A DNA stretch of 64,000 bases from Eledone cirrhosa (Eukaryota), in the NCBI GenBank assembly GCA_964016885.1, contig OZ024743.1, positions 152,892,001 through 152,956,000 on the forward strand, read 5' to 3'. Below, in pieces: positions 63,170 to 64,000 of this stretch. The notes beneath the pieces were generated by a model. That model worked only from the letters and a program-made list of their open reading frames with translations. It was not told the origin of the DNA and made no database searches. Position 1 is the stretch's first letter, and the number at the start of each line of letters is the position of its first letter. Made by a program: the position numbers and the translations under genes.

Positions 63170-64000
63170 TCATCATCATCATCATCATCATTTTACGTCT
63201 GCTCTTCCCTGCTTGCAAGGGTGGGACGGGTCTTATTCAGCACAACATCTCTCCACTTGTCACAGTCCTTCGTCATCTCCACCGTGAGCTTCAGCGATCT
63301 GAGGTCTGTTCTCACCACCTTCGCCCATGTTTTTCGTGGTCTTCCTTCAACTGGCATTTCCTGGCACTTCTTCACCCATCAGTCATCCTCCATGCGCATC
63401 ACATATCCATACCACCTCAGTCTCCTCTCTCGCACACTACATTCTGTTCCTCTCAGACATAGTTTCTCTCTCAACACATTCATGCTGGGTTATTCACGCA
63501 CATTGACACCGCACATCCAATGGAGCATGCTTGCCTCATTTCTCTCCAGCCATCGCATATCCTCTGCAGTTGCTGCCCATGTCTCACTACCATGCAGCAT
63601 CGTGCTCGTCACACAGGCATCATATAACCGGCCTTTCGTACGCAGGGAGAAACCCTTCTACATCAGCAGAAGAAGCAGCTCCCTAAACTTCTTCCTACCT
63701 GTCCTTATTCTACATACTATGGACTCGGACCCCCCCCCCCCCTCCCCTCCCATGCTAATCTGATCTCCTAGGTACCGGAAGCTATCCAGCACTTATATAG
63801 CACCCACCTGCTTTTGAAAAATATGTCTATCAATGCGACTTCTGTCTAATTTCCCTGTACATCTACTGCATACGTATTTCTCCCTACCTATTAGTTTGCC
63901 TGCTATCCCGCTACATCTCTAGTGTACCCAGGATCTGTATTGTGTACATTTTATAGAATTTATGCCAGTGCTTTTTCTGCATATCGAACATGGCAATTTC
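63170..64000 (-). mobile_element. RTE LINE of another subfamily, 3' part (runs off the window)
   Basis: Minus-strand FRYLGD, RRLRWYG, GRPRKTWAKVVRTDL; PHD-like Cys remnants at ~63865-63995; very short 3' UTR and (GAT)n tail. Confidence 0.88.

Overview
AT-rich, repeat-dominated eukaryotic DNA. The RTE LINEs, tRNA-derived SINEs and (TA)n/(CAT)n microsatellites most resemble an octopus/cephalopod genome (inference from repeat types). No host protein-coding exon could be identified with confidence; nearly every long ORF is a transposon remnant or its antisense shadow. Elements seen: (1) a near full-length dead RTE LINE (5.6-9.2 kb) with a C4HC3 PHD-type finger inside the RT, plus many fragments, one nested in another; (2) three copies of an Expander/Rex3-like RTE, all with an inverted 5' segment; (3) a Tx1/L1-clade element with gag-like ORF1; (4) an R4/Dong-like element with a restriction-like endonuclease; (5) Penelope-like 3' ends with a hammerhead-like motif; (6) a Chapaev3 transposon with TIRs and a TAA target duplication; (7) MITEs and fold-backs; (8) several modular SINE families, including a 3x tandem array. 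The most unusual signals are a ~190-bp (TA)n-associated element whose ~52-bp hairpin arms co-vary between copies, the repeated 5' inversion of one RTE family, and SINE domain shuffling. Boundaries were read by eye and are approximate unless a target-site duplication (TSD) or TIR is quoted.
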